38,398 nt of DNA from a virus. Its lineage: Duplodnaviria; Caudoviricetes. The stretch's first letter is position 1. Each line of letters opens with the position of its first letter. Where the stretch lies: positions 1-38,398 of the IMG/VR virus record IMGVR_UViG_3300028025_001953; one strand, 5' to 3'. Positions 17,847-25,563 of this stretch are shown piece after piece. A model generated the notes under the pieces. It did no database searches. It saw nothing but the letters and a program-made list of their open reading frames with translations, and was not told where the DNA came from. Made by a program: the position numbers and the translations under genes.

Positions 17847-18202
17847 GAAAGTTCTCCCTCAGTTCTAGTTGCTACTTTTTTAATTAAACGGGGAACTAAT
17901 CCTATGTTTTCTGCTGTAATTTCTAATGATGCTTTTTCATTGCCTTCTTTGTCTGTGTAAGTAGATTGTTTTAATGCACCAGACACAAGTACCGCATCAC
18001 CTTTCTTAATACAATCAGCAGTTGCTTCAGCCTTAGATCCAAATTGCACCACTCTAAACCACATGGTATCTCCGTCTTTCCAATCATTACCATCTTTAAC
18101 GCGTGGTGTATGTGCAACGCTAAGAGTTATGTAAGCCATATTGTTTTTAGAAAACTTTAATTCTGGCTCAGACCCAACATTTCCTTTAACTGTAATGTTC
18201 AT
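17840..18202 (-). CDS. ssb: Single-stranded DNA-binding protein
   Basis: OB-fold motifs 'ITVKGNVGSEPEL', 'WKDGDTMWFRV' and 'KKGDAVLVSG'; actinobacterial type. Confidence 0.9.
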   Translation of the reverse strand: MNITVKGNVGSEPELKFSKNNMAYITLSVAHTPRVKDGNDWKDGDTMWFRVVQFGSKAEATADCIKKGDAVLVSGALKQSTYTDKEGNEKASLEITAENIGLVPRLIKKVATRTEGELSW

Positions 18203-18534
18203 TAATCGCCTTCCATTAATATAAATTCAGAACCATCATCTTGTAACAAAACAATAGTTCCATCTGGTTTAACAAAAGGGTGTTCGTTTGGCTCTCTCCA
18301 AGATGGACATAACCAACCTTTTGCCTCCGCTTTTGCAGGATTGAGGTGAATACTATCGGTATTTAGATTATGGCAGCCGTGATGTATGTGGATTAGGTTA
18401 GCGGGCGTGTCTTTGCCGCCCCTAGATTTAAGTTTTCTGTGATGCAGCGCCATAGAAGGTAATGCTGATGACCCGCAAACTTCGCAATAGTTACCAGCAC
18501 GATCTTGCACTATTTTTACAACTTTTTTGTCCAC
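18202..18534 (-). CDS. HNH endonuclease
   Basis: 'CEVCG...HHRK...SRGG...NL...CH'. Confidence 0.8.
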   Translation of the reverse strand: MDKKVVKIVQDRAGNYCEVCGSSALPSMALHHRKLKSRGGKDTPANLIHIHHGCHNLNTDSIHLNPAKAEAKGWLCPSWREPNEHPFVKPDGTIVLLQDDGSEFILMEGD

Positions 18535-18546
18535 AATTCATTCTAC

Positions 18547-18987
18547 TCAATACCACCCGCCAATCAAATCTGGTCCTGCTTTCTTTTTCCAAAAAGCCCA
18601 GGCATTGCAAGGGGTGGAATAGCGTTTGTAGATATAGCGCAATCCAGCCTTAATTTGAATTTGTGGATCTTTAGGCTTGTATGGGAATTTGTAGTTACCC
18701 CAGGTAGATGGCAAAAATTGAGCAATTCCAAACGCACCTGAAGTTTTATTTAAAGCATTTGGCCGCCAGTTACTCTCTTTTGTCCAGAGTTGATGCAGGC
18801 AGGCAAATTGTTTTTGAGCATCAGGCCGCCATTGTTCCTTGACCAAAATTAACGCATATTGTTTTGGTGGAATCATTTTGGTCTTTTGCTTCTGCGTTAA
18901 ATGTGGGGCTTCGGCAGCAGCAGGTGTACTGGCAACAAATCCAACCGCTAGAAGGGCCGCTAAAAGGATTTGCGCTACTAACTTAAC
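18547..18987 (-). CDS. Secreted lytic transglycosylase (SLT/lysozyme-like); N-terminus extended to a non-canonical GTT start
   Basis: 'ESNW...A...GAFGIAQ...QI..GL.YI..RY...C.AW...GWY'; an in-frame signal peptide lies upstream of the ATG at 18876; AAGGAG at 18998-18993. Confidence 0.8.
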   Translation of the reverse strand, partial: VKLVAQILLAALLAVGFVASTPAAAEAPHLTQKQKTKMIPPKQYALILVKEQWRPDAQKQFACLHQLWTKESNWRPNALNKTSGAFGIAQFLPSTWGNYKFPYKPKDPQIQIKAGLRYIYKRYSTPCNAWAFWKKKAGPDLIGGWY

Positions 18988-18989
18988 GG

Positions 18990-19079
18990 CTACTCCTTAG
19001 CCTCCAAGTTGCAGACTTCGCAGAGTTTTTCTCCAAAATGCCAAGCGCCATAAGCGCACCGATTAAGTTTACTGTCCAT
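18990..19079 (-). CDS. Small Cys/His peptide (MDSKLNRC...CEVC...), could extend to 19148
   Basis: Translated by hand; AAAGGGGG RBS. Confidence 0.5.
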   Translation of the reverse strand: MDSKLNRCAYGAWHFGEKLCEVCNLEAKE

Positions 19080-19151
19080 GATTTCCCCCTTTGAGAGTAG
19101 TTTTTGGACTTGCACTATTTTACCCTGATCCTCCATGTTGTTTTGCATAAA

Positions 19152-19340
19152 TTATGGTTTTCGTGAGAAATATTTTTGATGTGAAGTTCCATCAGGCTCA
19201 ACTAAATAAATTAATTGCCCAAATCCAGAGCAGCCAACATCAACAAATTTGTCGTAATCATGCACGGCTTGTAAACAATTGTCATAATCTTTTTTCCAAG
19301 TTTCTTTGCCATCTGTTATTACAACTATGTGGTAACTCAT
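19152..19340 (-). CDS. Hypothetical protein
   Basis: ATGA overlap with the upstream ORF, GGAGG RBS. Confidence 0.6.
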   Translation of the reverse strand: MSYHIVVITDGKETWKKDYDNCLQAVHDYDKFVDVGCSGFGQLIYLVEPDGTSHQKYFSRKP

Positions 19341-19552
19341 TCTTGTTCCTCCCTATAAGTGTATGAGTGCTTGCATGTAGGGCAAGTAACTGATTGATCT
19401 ATATTGCCCCAATCATCTGTTGCAAAATCTTCATTCCAATAAGTAGGGCAAGGAGCATTTTCAGGACATTCATCACAACGCTCTTTACAAACTATTTCGC
19501 GTGTAACTTCTTCTGAATAAATACCTGACCCCATCATTGATCCGTAACTCAT
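19337..19552 (-). CDS. Small Cys-rich (zinc-binding) hypothetical protein
   Basis: CxxxCxxC...C...CxxC pattern. Confidence 0.6.
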   Translation of the reverse strand: MSYGSMMGSGIYSEEVTREIVCKERCDECPENAPCPTYWNEDFATDDWGNIDQSVTCPTCKHSYTYREEQE

Positions 19553-20088
19553 TTTCTTGCCTTCTTTTTTATTCTATTTTTAAGTTTTGCAGTTTTGTCT
19601 TTAAGCGCTGCTATTTCTAATTCTTGCTGCGCTATAAAGTCAGATGTAACTGTTGGAACTACAACAGTTGTAACTTCAGATACAGAATTAGTTGCTACCC
19701 AAGGCGCACGGTCTGGTGTAAAGCGCTGTGTGGTAACAGTTGTAGTTGATTCTTTTGTTACTGGATTTACATGTGTTGATTCATTTACAACGGTCCAAAC
19801 TTTAGTTTCTAAATCAACTTTTACTAAAGTTGGTCCTTGACCAGCGCCCACTCCAGCAACATTGCCATCAGCAGATGCAGGTGCTTGCAATACATAACGC
19901 TCATTAGTTCCCAGCGTCATCTTGTTGTAAAGGCTATTCGGATCACCACAAACTGATGCAGTGCAAACAATTGCTTGACCAATTGCAGTTCCGTTTGCAT
20001 CAACTTTAACCCATGCACCGCGTTCTTCTGCTTGTGCAGTTGTAGGAATTAATGCAATTAACAAACCAAGGATTATTGCTTTTTTCAT
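19549..20088 (-). CDS. Secreted hypothetical protein
   Basis: Start at MKKAIILGLLIALIPTTAQA (Sec signal peptide), AGGAGG RBS, TAATG overlap. Confidence 0.7.
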   Translation of the reverse strand: MKKAIILGLLIALIPTTAQAEERGAWVKVDANGTAIGQAIVCTASVCGDPNSLYNKMTLGTNERYVLQAPASADGNVAGVGAGQGPTLVKVDLETKVWTVVNESTHVNPVTKESTTTVTTQRFTPDRAPWVATNSVSEVTTVVVPTVTSDFIAQQELEIAALKDKTAKLKNRIKKKARK

Positions 20089-20234
20089 TACAAGCCTCCT
20101 ACACATTCATTAATGTTTCCCCAGCAATAGCCTGTGCCTGTCCACCAGATGTGATTGACAATGTAATAAATTGCAATAAGCCCAAGCAAGATTGCAATTG
20201 CTCTTACGCGTTTACCACGCTTTGTAAGTTTCAT
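20088..20234 (-). CDS. 48-aa membrane peptide (MKLTKRGKRVRAIAILLG...WWTGTGYCWG)
   Basis: Translated by hand; TAATG overlaps at both ends; basic N-terminus followed by one TM helix. Confidence 0.7.
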   Translation of the reverse strand: MKLTKRGKRVRAIAILLGLIAIYYIVNHIWWTGTGYCWGNINECVGGL

Positions 20235-20449
20235 TAGCAAACCACCCTTTTAACTGGACTGACTTTACGCACGGTTGTGATTTCTACGCTATCAAATAAA
20301 GAACTAAGGGCTGTATTAATAATATTGCCCACCTGCTCTCGCTCTAAAGCGTTAATCATTGATTTACTTTTATAGGCTGCATTTGGGTATATCTCAGCAG
20401 CCATGTTTAATGTTTCCTGGTCAATCATTAGTTCTACTCTGTATTTCAT
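20234..20449 (-). CDS. Hypothetical protein
   Basis: AAGGAG RBS, overlapping start/stop codons. Confidence 0.6.
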   Translation of the reverse strand: MKYRVELMIDQETLNMAAEIYPNAAYKSKSMINALEREQVGNIINTALSSLFDSVEITTVRKVSPVKRVVC

Positions 20450-20712
20450 TTGTACATCTCCTTCTTCTTAGTTGGGTATTTGGTGTGGTAAACATGGAAT
20501 CCGTTTTGCCTTAAATTCCATAGATCAAATGTTGGAATGTGTCCTGCTTTATGCAAGGCTTCTAAAGAGTTATGCAAGTAAGCAGTGTCATAGCCATAAG
20601 TCATGGGGATTGTTAAAACTGAATCCCCATTAACTTTGATCTGAGCGGACCAATAACTATTGCCGCCCGTTTTATCAAACCATTCACGGGCTTCAATAAA
20701 TATGCTTTTCAT
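20446..20712 (-). CDS. Hypothetical early protein
   Basis: Coupled ORF; 'WFDK.GGNSYWS...YGY' phage-type motif. Confidence 0.65.
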   Translation of the reverse strand: MKSIFIEAREWFDKTGGNSYWSAQIKVNGDSVLTIPMTYGYDTAYLHNSLEALHKAGHIPTFDLWNLRQNGFHVYHTKYPTKKKEMYK

Positions 20713-20924
20713 TACTTCTTACCTGCAAGTTGCGGATAATAACCATAATCAATGTCATTTTGAATATGTGTAACAACTTGCCCTGCTGTGTCATACCACT
20801 TATTCATTGCATGATTGGTGTTTACAACTTCACCATTTTTAATTATTTGGTAAGTCATATCATCATTTACTTTAATAGCAAATGAACCGTCTTTGCTAAC
20901 CCATTCTTTAATTGCTTTTGTCAT
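20712..20924 (-). CDS. Hypothetical early protein
   Basis: CATGGAGGCG RBS cassette upstream. Confidence 0.65.
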   Translation of the reverse strand: MTKAIKEWVSKDGSFAIKVNDDMTYQIIKNGEVVNTNHAMNKWYDTAGQVVTHIQNDIDYGYYPQLAGKK

Positions 20925-20968
20925 TACTTCGCCTCCATGTTTGTTAAGAAATACCGCCTTGGTATTTC

Positions 20969-21017
20969 TAGCGCCCGCCAGAGAGATCGCATCTCTGCTT
21001 GCCCACTAGGGGCGGGC
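20969..21017 (-). ncRNA. tRNA-like element (acceptor stem plus T-arm, no anticodon arm)
   Basis: 7-bp stem GCCCGCC/GGCGGGC stacked on a 5-bp stem AGAGA/TCTCT with 7-nt loop TGCGATC, ending G-CTA. Confidence 0.55.
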
Positions 21018-21024
21018 TGTTTAA

Positions 21025-21429
21025 CTATTTAGTTGTTGCTACTTGACCGTTATGGTCAATATAAGTTGTTTTGAAGTTACGGTAAGTTTTGCCATCTACT
21101 AAAGTTGTTTCAACAATTCTAGTATCAGCAGTTGGATTAATTTGACGCTTAATATTATTTTTACGATCTAAATAACCTTGGCCACCGTAAGTTGCATGAG
21201 TATTTGATTTTGATGCTTTGATTGCATTATCTAAACCTTGGTGAAATGAAATCATAGAAATTGTTTTACCAAAATCAGGATTAGGTGTGCCATCAAGATA
21301 AGTTTCATTTACAGTTGATGCAACTGTAATTACTGCATGTGAATAATTACGCTCTGATGCTTTGCAACCGTTAAGAGTTACATCTGCACCATTGATTGTA
21401 AATGTTGCTTCTGCCTTGTAGTAAAACAT
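21025..21429 (-). CDS. Hypothetical early protein (134 aa, start MFYYKAE)
   Basis: Start moved to the ATG behind GGAGG; the upstream part of the tracked ORF is promoter DNA. Confidence 0.7.
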   Translation of the reverse strand: MFYYKAEATFTINGADVTLNGCKASERNYSHAVITVASTVNETYLDGTPNPDFGKTISMISFHQGLDNAIKASKSNTHATYGGQGYLDRKNNIKRQINPTADTRIVETTLVDGKTYRNFKTTYIDHNGQVATTK

Positions 21430-21520
21430 TGCCTTGCCTCCATGTTCTTCGGGCTGTCTGCCCTTATGAGATAAGTTTAAGGCATCAGGGGCATAATTGG
21501 CAACATTTGTTGGACATTTT
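21430..21520 (-). promoter_or_regulatory. Early promoter/leader cassette, copy 2
   Basis: AAATGT twice, TTGCCA-18 nt-TAAACT, small hairpin, GAAGAACATGGAGGCAAGGCA-ATG. Confidence 0.75.
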
Positions 21521-21560
21521 GTAGGAATCTTTTTGTCCATTTTGAGCGTGTTTTGGGTTC

Positions 21561-21749
21561 TCATTTGGCTGCCAGACACCTTTTGCAGAGCATGGGGTGA
21601 ATATCTACCTGGTTGGGGCTTACATGGATCGGAGGGGTGTTTGTGTCCATGATTTGAGGGTGGCAAGTGGCTACCTTAGTAATGCGGTCCACGGTGTGCC
21701 ATTTGCCGCCAGCAGGAGCAGGGTAAAAAATTAAAGTTTGAGATCTCAT
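21561..21749 (-). CDS. Hypothetical protein (His/Cys motif)
   Basis: ATGA overlap; WH...C...CxxC. Confidence 0.55.
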   Translation of the reverse strand: MRSQTLIFYPAPAGGKWHTVDRITKVATCHPQIMDTNTPPIHVSPNQVDIHPMLCKRCLAAK

Positions 21750-21829
21750 TTTGCCTCTTGCGTAAGTTCAATTAACTTTTGAGCCAAGTCAGCCAACTCT
21801 TGTAAAGATGGCAATAGTTCTTCTGACAT
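21746..21829 (-). CDS. 27-aa helical peptide (MSEELLPSLQELADLAQKLIELTQEAK)
   Basis: Translated by hand; GAGG RBS, overlaps at both ends. Confidence 0.5.
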   Translation of the reverse strand: MSEELLPSLQELADLAQKLIELTQEAK

Positions 21830-21981
21830 TAATTTGCCTCTTGTTTTTCATAAGTTGAATACCAAACTTTTTCATATTTAGAAGCACAAGTTTCGCAATT
21901 AACTCCTGCGCCAAAATATTCTCTTGCGCCTTGTTTGCCGCAATTATCGCATTTCCATTTTGAATTTATTAATGGTTTCAT
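21829..21981 (-). CDS. 50-aa zinc-finger protein (CDNC...CETC)
   Basis: Translated by hand; TAATG overlaps at both ends. Confidence 0.6.
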   Translation of the reverse strand: MKPLINSKWKCDNCGKQGAREYFGAGVNCETCASKYEKVWYSTYEKQEAN

Positions 21982-22298
21982 TATTTTGGCTCCACAAATT
22001 TAACTTGTGAAACTTTGCAGTTGTTTGCTTTTGCGTAATCTTTCTTTATTTTCTTTAGCACTTCACCGCTAAGGAATTCAGCAACATTTATATAAGCCTG
22101 ACCAGTTTCTACATCTGATCCCCACTCATAACTTAGTAGCCAATCAATTGCTTGCATCATGTCAGTTTTTGATGCAGCGCTTGGTTTGTTCCATTCATTG
22201 TCACCAGCAGCACCAAAAGCATCTGACTGAATTCCAGTTAGTGCTGGCAACAATTTTTCTAGTTGCGTAAGATTTTTACCTTTTGTTGTGTTAATCAT
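21981..22298 (-). CDS. Hypothetical early protein
   Basis: GGAGG RBS, TAATG coupling. Confidence 0.7.
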   Translation of the reverse strand: MINTTKGKNLTQLEKLLPALTGIQSDAFGAAGDNEWNKPSAASKTDMMQAIDWLLSYEWGSDVETGQAYINVAEFLSGEVLKKIKKDYAKANNCKVSQVKFVEPK

Positions 22299-22645
22299 TA
22301 TTTTGCCTCCACTTCAAAATTTCCTAGAATTTCATCTTTGTAAATTTCCCATGCTTTATCACGCTTTTGATTTAAAGCATCTGATGTTGGTTTCATTAGA
22401 TTATTAAATGATTCCATTACTGCATCATATTCTTCTTGGAATTGCGCTTGGATTTTTGCAATTGCTTCATCACGCTTTTTTTCTAGCGCATCAATAACGC
22501 TATCGCGTGGTGGACAAAACTTATCTAACGCTTCAACCCATTGAGAATATTCAAATGCGTACATTGCGTTATAGGCTGCATCTGCTTTGTTTGATCTGCG
22601 TGTTCGTGCTGCTTTTTGTGCTGGTGTTAGTTCAGTTGTATTCAT
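22298..22645 (-). CDS. Hypothetical early coiled-coil protein
   Basis: 'LTPAQKAARTRR' basic motif, helical body. Confidence 0.7.
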   Translation of the reverse strand: MNTTELTPAQKAARTRRSNKADAAYNAMYAFEYSQWVEALDKFCPPRDSVIDALEKKRDEAIAKIQAQFQEEYDAVMESFNNLMKPTSDALNQKRDKAWEIYKDEILGNFEVEAK

Positions 22646-22647
22646 AA

Positions 22648-22875
22648 TTATTTGCCCACTTTCTGAATAACAACAGGGCGGGAATCAATAAAACGGATAC
22701 CGTATTCACGGGCTAATTGTGTTGCTTCAACTTTATTGTCAGCCCAAATAGTTTTGAAAGTTATTTGACTGGCTATATCTACATCTTGAAAAATTACATT
22801 GTATTCGAAGCGAGCGTTCATGCGCTTGCCTGTAAATATTAATTGCAACTTCTCATCTGTTATTACTGTGTTCAT
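22648..22875 (-). CDS. Hypothetical early protein
   Basis: First gene behind promoter cassette copy 1. Confidence 0.7.
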   Translation of the reverse strand: MNTVITDEKLQLIFTGKRMNARFEYNVIFQDVDIASQITFKTIWADNKVEATQLAREYGIRFIDSRPVVIQKVGK

Positions 22876-22966
22876 TGTCTTGCCTCCATGTTCTTCGCCC
22901 CTTGTTGGGCTTATGGAGTAACTTTAATGCACAAATCCAGAAAGTTGCAACATTTGTGGCACATTT
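22876..22966 (-). promoter_or_regulatory. Early promoter/leader cassette, copy 1
   Basis: AAATGT twice, TTGCAA-18 nt-TAAAGT, small hairpin, GAAGAACATGGAGGCAAGACA-ATG. Confidence 0.75.
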
Positions 22967-22996
22967 CTTAACAATTTTCTATAACGATTTTGTTAC

Positions 22997-23386
22997 CTAC
23001 TGGAGAGTAACAGGCAACTTTGCGCCTACCCGTACGCTCACGCCTGGGCGCTCCCCATAGGCTTTAGAGGCCGTTAAAGAGGTCACCTGGCCGTCATCAC
23101 GGTAGGCAATGGCTGTTAGGCCATCTAGGACCGCCCTGACCAGTTTATCCAGATCTGGGGCAACTGATGGCTCCTGACGGGTAACTGTGCGGGGGCGCAA
23201 CATTGTGAATTCTAAATTTATTTCTACTGGCTCTAAATGCGGTTTTGCTCCCGCTACTTTTGCAGCCAGGGCTATTGCAGATCGCCAACTTGCTAATGCT
23301 GATCCCTGAGAATGAATGACATAGCCATTAATGACTTTCATTGATCCTTGCGGAATCGGTTGCCCCTCTACAAAAAAATTTATCAT
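22997..23386 (-). CDS. rusA: RusA Holliday junction resolvase
   Basis: 'G.PIPQGS', 'PDLDKLVRAVLDGL' and 'DDGQV' catalytic motifs. Confidence 0.9.
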   Translation of the reverse strand: MINFFVEGQPIPQGSMKVINGYVIHSQGSALASWRSAIALAAKVAGAKPHLEPVEINLEFTMLRPRTVTRQEPSVAPDLDKLVRAVLDGLTAIAYRDDGQVTSLTASKAYGERPGVSVRVGAKLPVTLQ

Positions 23387-23392
23387 AAAAGA

Positions 23393-23420
23393 ATTGTAAC
23401 TAAACTTCTAACAAACTCAA
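23393..23420 (-). promoter_or_regulatory. Promoter for rusA, probably leaderless
   Basis: TTGAGT-16 nt-TACAAT-6 nt-ATG, with no SD sequence. Confidence 0.6.
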
Positions 23421-23431
23421 CATGAGAATTG

Positions 23432-24250
23432 CTAATTCAATCCTTTTAACAAGGCCCGTAATCTTTCTGGTGGCGGAACGGCTGCTGCCCGTAATCTTTC
23501 CTGCTCCTCAAACCATTTACGGCTTTCTTCTTTTTCGCGCTCTGATCTTTCCCTGGCTTTTCGTGCTTCTTCAGCCTTCTTTTCTTCTAAAGTTTTTTCT
23601 CTAACTGGTAATGGTTCATCTAACCATCTATGTGCATTTAACCAGGTAGCAGGGTGCGCTGTGTAAGCCTCAACTCTGTTTGGATCTTTTGCGTATCTTG
23701 CTGCTGCTGAAATTATTGTTGCTACTGGTGTGTGCTTTGATGCTTTTACAAATGCAACTTCAGCAGCCTTCTTAGCAACCTTTCTTGGATACACATTCCA
23801 GAAAATTTCAAACTCACTGTTTGTATCTAAGTTCTTCTTAGATAGTTCTTCTAATATGCCCTGATTATCCAACTGCGGTTTACCAGGGTTCGGTTTTCCA
23901 GGGTTCGGTTGTGCTGCAAGATCCGTAGCAGGATTTTCAGGGCTTGGTGCGGTGTCTTGCGGTGTATCGTAAACATAATTATTCGTTACAAAAGTTCCAT
24001 CTTCTTTGCGCTCGCGGACCATGCGTATGTAGCCACAATCTCTTAACTCTTTTAAAGCGGTAAGAATTGCATCTCTACCCTCTTTGCCAGATCTTGCTAA
24101 AGAATCTCCAGATACGCGCCAATTATCTGGGCGGCTAAGGATCTCTAAAAGCACTCCACGCGCTCTATAACTCAATCTGCTATCTCTAACAACAGAATTA
24201 GAAACAACACTAAAATTGCTTTCTAATCTGGGTGATCTAATGATGCTCAT
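23432..24250 (-). CDS. Replication initiator protein (N-terminal winged HTH, lambda O-like organisation)
   Basis: 'F..VSN..VRD.RLS..ARG.L...LSRPDNW', Pro-rich linker, 'F..FW..YPRKVAK' and 'HPATWLN..RW.D'. Confidence 0.8.
   Translation of the reverse strand: MSIIRSPRLESNFSVVSNSVVRDSRLSYRARGVLLEILSRPDNWRVSGDSLARSGKEGRDAILTALKELRDCGYIRMVRERKEDGTFVTNNYVYDTPQDTAPSPENPATDLAAQPNPGKPNPGKPQLDNQGILEELSKKNLDTNSEFEIFWNVYPRKVAKKAAEVAFVKASKHTPVATIISAAARYAKDPNRVEAYTAHPATWLNAHRWLDEPLPVREKTLEEKKAEEARKARERSEREKEESRKWFEEQERLRAAAVPPPERLRALLKGLN
23876..23910. repeat. 15-bp tandem repeat inside the initiator gene (candidate origin iterons)
   Basis: CGGTTTACCAGGGTT CGGTTTTCCAGGGTT CGGTT. Confidence 0.55.
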
Positions 24251-24600
24251 TTTGCCTTCTTCCGTTTGGCTTCAATCATACATTCTTGTATCTGTGCAAA
24301 AGAAATTCCTTGGTCATCTAAATTTAATAATGCTCTGCGTCTTTGATGTGGGTTCTTCGTTGCATCTTTCATGGCTACCCGTTCCATAGATGTGAGCGCT
24401 CCCCATACTCCGTAATCTTCATATTCAAATGCGTAAGTTAAACAATCTTTCCAGATAGGACATGCAGCACAAACACTCCGTAATGTATTTATGTATTTGT
24501 ACTGCATGATTGAGCGTTCTTCTTCAACTGAATAAAACAAATCTGTATAAATTCCTGTACAGGCTGCTTTGCTCCAATCTACTTCGTCATACTTGGGCAA
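24247..24600 (-). CDS. whiB: WhiB-family transcription factor
   Basis: 'W..AAC...LFY...VCAACPI...C...A......GVWG' four-Cys signature. Confidence 0.92.
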   Translation of the reverse strand: MPKYDEVDWSKAACTGIYTDLFYSVEEERSIMQYKYINTLRSVCAACPIWKDCLTYAFEYEDYGVWGALTSMERVAMKDATKNPHQRRRALLNLDDQGISFAQIQECMIEAKRKKAK

Positions 24601-25247
24601 CCTATTTCTCCTGTTCTATCAAAATATGGGCAATAGTTTGTACACCATTTTGCATATTTCTCTGGACTTGGGGCAGGGGAATTAGTTGCAACTATTTGTT
24701 TGATTCCATCTAACCAGGCAATTCCTTGCTGGGCTATTGCTGGATCATATTTTTCACGCATTACTTGAATGTCTTGCATCTTGCCATCACGGGGAATTCC
24801 AACAAGAGCAACTTCTTTTACTTCATAGCCATTGTTTTCTAGCAGCCAACCATAGGTATGAATCTGATAACGCTGTTGTTCTGATCCAAAATAACGCATA
24901 CCTGACTTGGTTGTAGTTTTCCAATCAACAACTAGGCCAATATCTTTAATAAATAAGTCACAATGACCTTTTAAATCTCCATGAGATACTTCAATTTCAA
25001 TAAGGAAATTATCCTCAAATGGATCATTGCGCCTGATTGCTTTATCTAAACCAGAGTGAATAAATGTTCCTAGTATTGCTGCTAATTTTTCGGTTTCGTT
25101 GATTTTGGGCGTTTGTTTTAAATCGTGATAAACCCTACGCGCACAACCTCCGATACTGCTAGGACCAATCTCTACTTGCTGAGATCTATCTCTTTGACTG
25201 TCATAAGCGCCAAGAGATTTGATAACCATGTCTTGTAAATCAATCAT
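24579..25247 (-). CDS. Cas4/RecB-like PD-(D/E)XK exonuclease
   Basis: 'PSSIGGCAR', 'GTFIH', 'GHCD...VVDWKT', 'Q...Y' and a C-terminal Cys cluster. Confidence 0.85.
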   Translation of the reverse strand: MIDLQDMVIKSLGAYDSQRDRSQQVEIGPSSIGGCARRVYHDLKQTPKINETEKLAAILGTFIHSGLDKAIRRNDPFEDNFLIEIEVSHGDLKGHCDLFIKDIGLVVDWKTTTKSGMRYFGSEQQRYQIHTYGWLLENNGYEVKEVALVGIPRDGKMQDIQVMREKYDPAIAQQGIAWLDGIKQIVATNSPAPSPEKYAKWCTNYCPYFDRTGEIGCPSMTK

Positions 25248-25396
25248 GTAATTTTTCCTAATCTCTTGAATACGGTTTCTTGCACTCTCACATAATTATC
25301 TAAATTGCGGATAATTTCAAGGGATAGATCTTTAGATTCTGCTTTACCATAACCAAAATATTGCAACAGATCTTGTAATGTTTCTTCTCTACTCAT
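25244..25396 (-). CDS. Hypothetical protein, 50 aa (MSREETLQDLL...)
   Basis: Translated by hand; ATGA overlaps at both ends. Confidence 0.55.
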   Translation of the reverse strand: MSREETLQDLLQYFGYGKAESKDLSLEIIRNLDNYVRVQETVFKRLGKIT

Positions 25397-25563
25397 AAGT
25401 CATCTTCTGTCCATTGATTCATCTGTTGTTGTAAATCATTGAGAATTAATTGCATCTCTTTTGAGATAGCAGATAATCTTGCAAGGGTAGATATTGCGCC
25501 TAATTTAAACCCAATTGAGTAGGCAATAAAACCCGTAATTACTGCAACAAGAAATGTGGTCAT
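25393..25563 (-). CDS. Small membrane protein, 56 aa (MTTFLVAVITGFIAYSIG...)
   Basis: Translated by hand; ATGA overlaps; N-terminal TM helix. Confidence 0.6.
   Translation of the reverse strand: MTTFLVAVITGFIAYSIGFKLGAISTLARLSAISKEMQLILNDLQQQMNQWTEDDL

Noticed and set aside
20969-21017. Canonical tRNA gene
   Set aside because: Only about 49 nt, with no anticodon arm and no CCA; kept as a tRNA-like element
21430-21666. N-terminal 79 aa of the tracked 213-aa ORF
   Set aside because: Overlaps the promoter cassette and another ORF; the strong RBS points to the ATG at 21429
21746-22660. Early proteins repeatedly ending in EAK/EAN/EPK/VGK as a shared degron
   Set aside because: Better explained by the next gene's RBS (GAGGCAAAA-type) overlapping each 3' end
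24579-25247. Cas4-like gene as evidence of a CRISPR system
   Set aside because: No array or other cas genes; it sits with an annealing protein as in a standard phage recombination module
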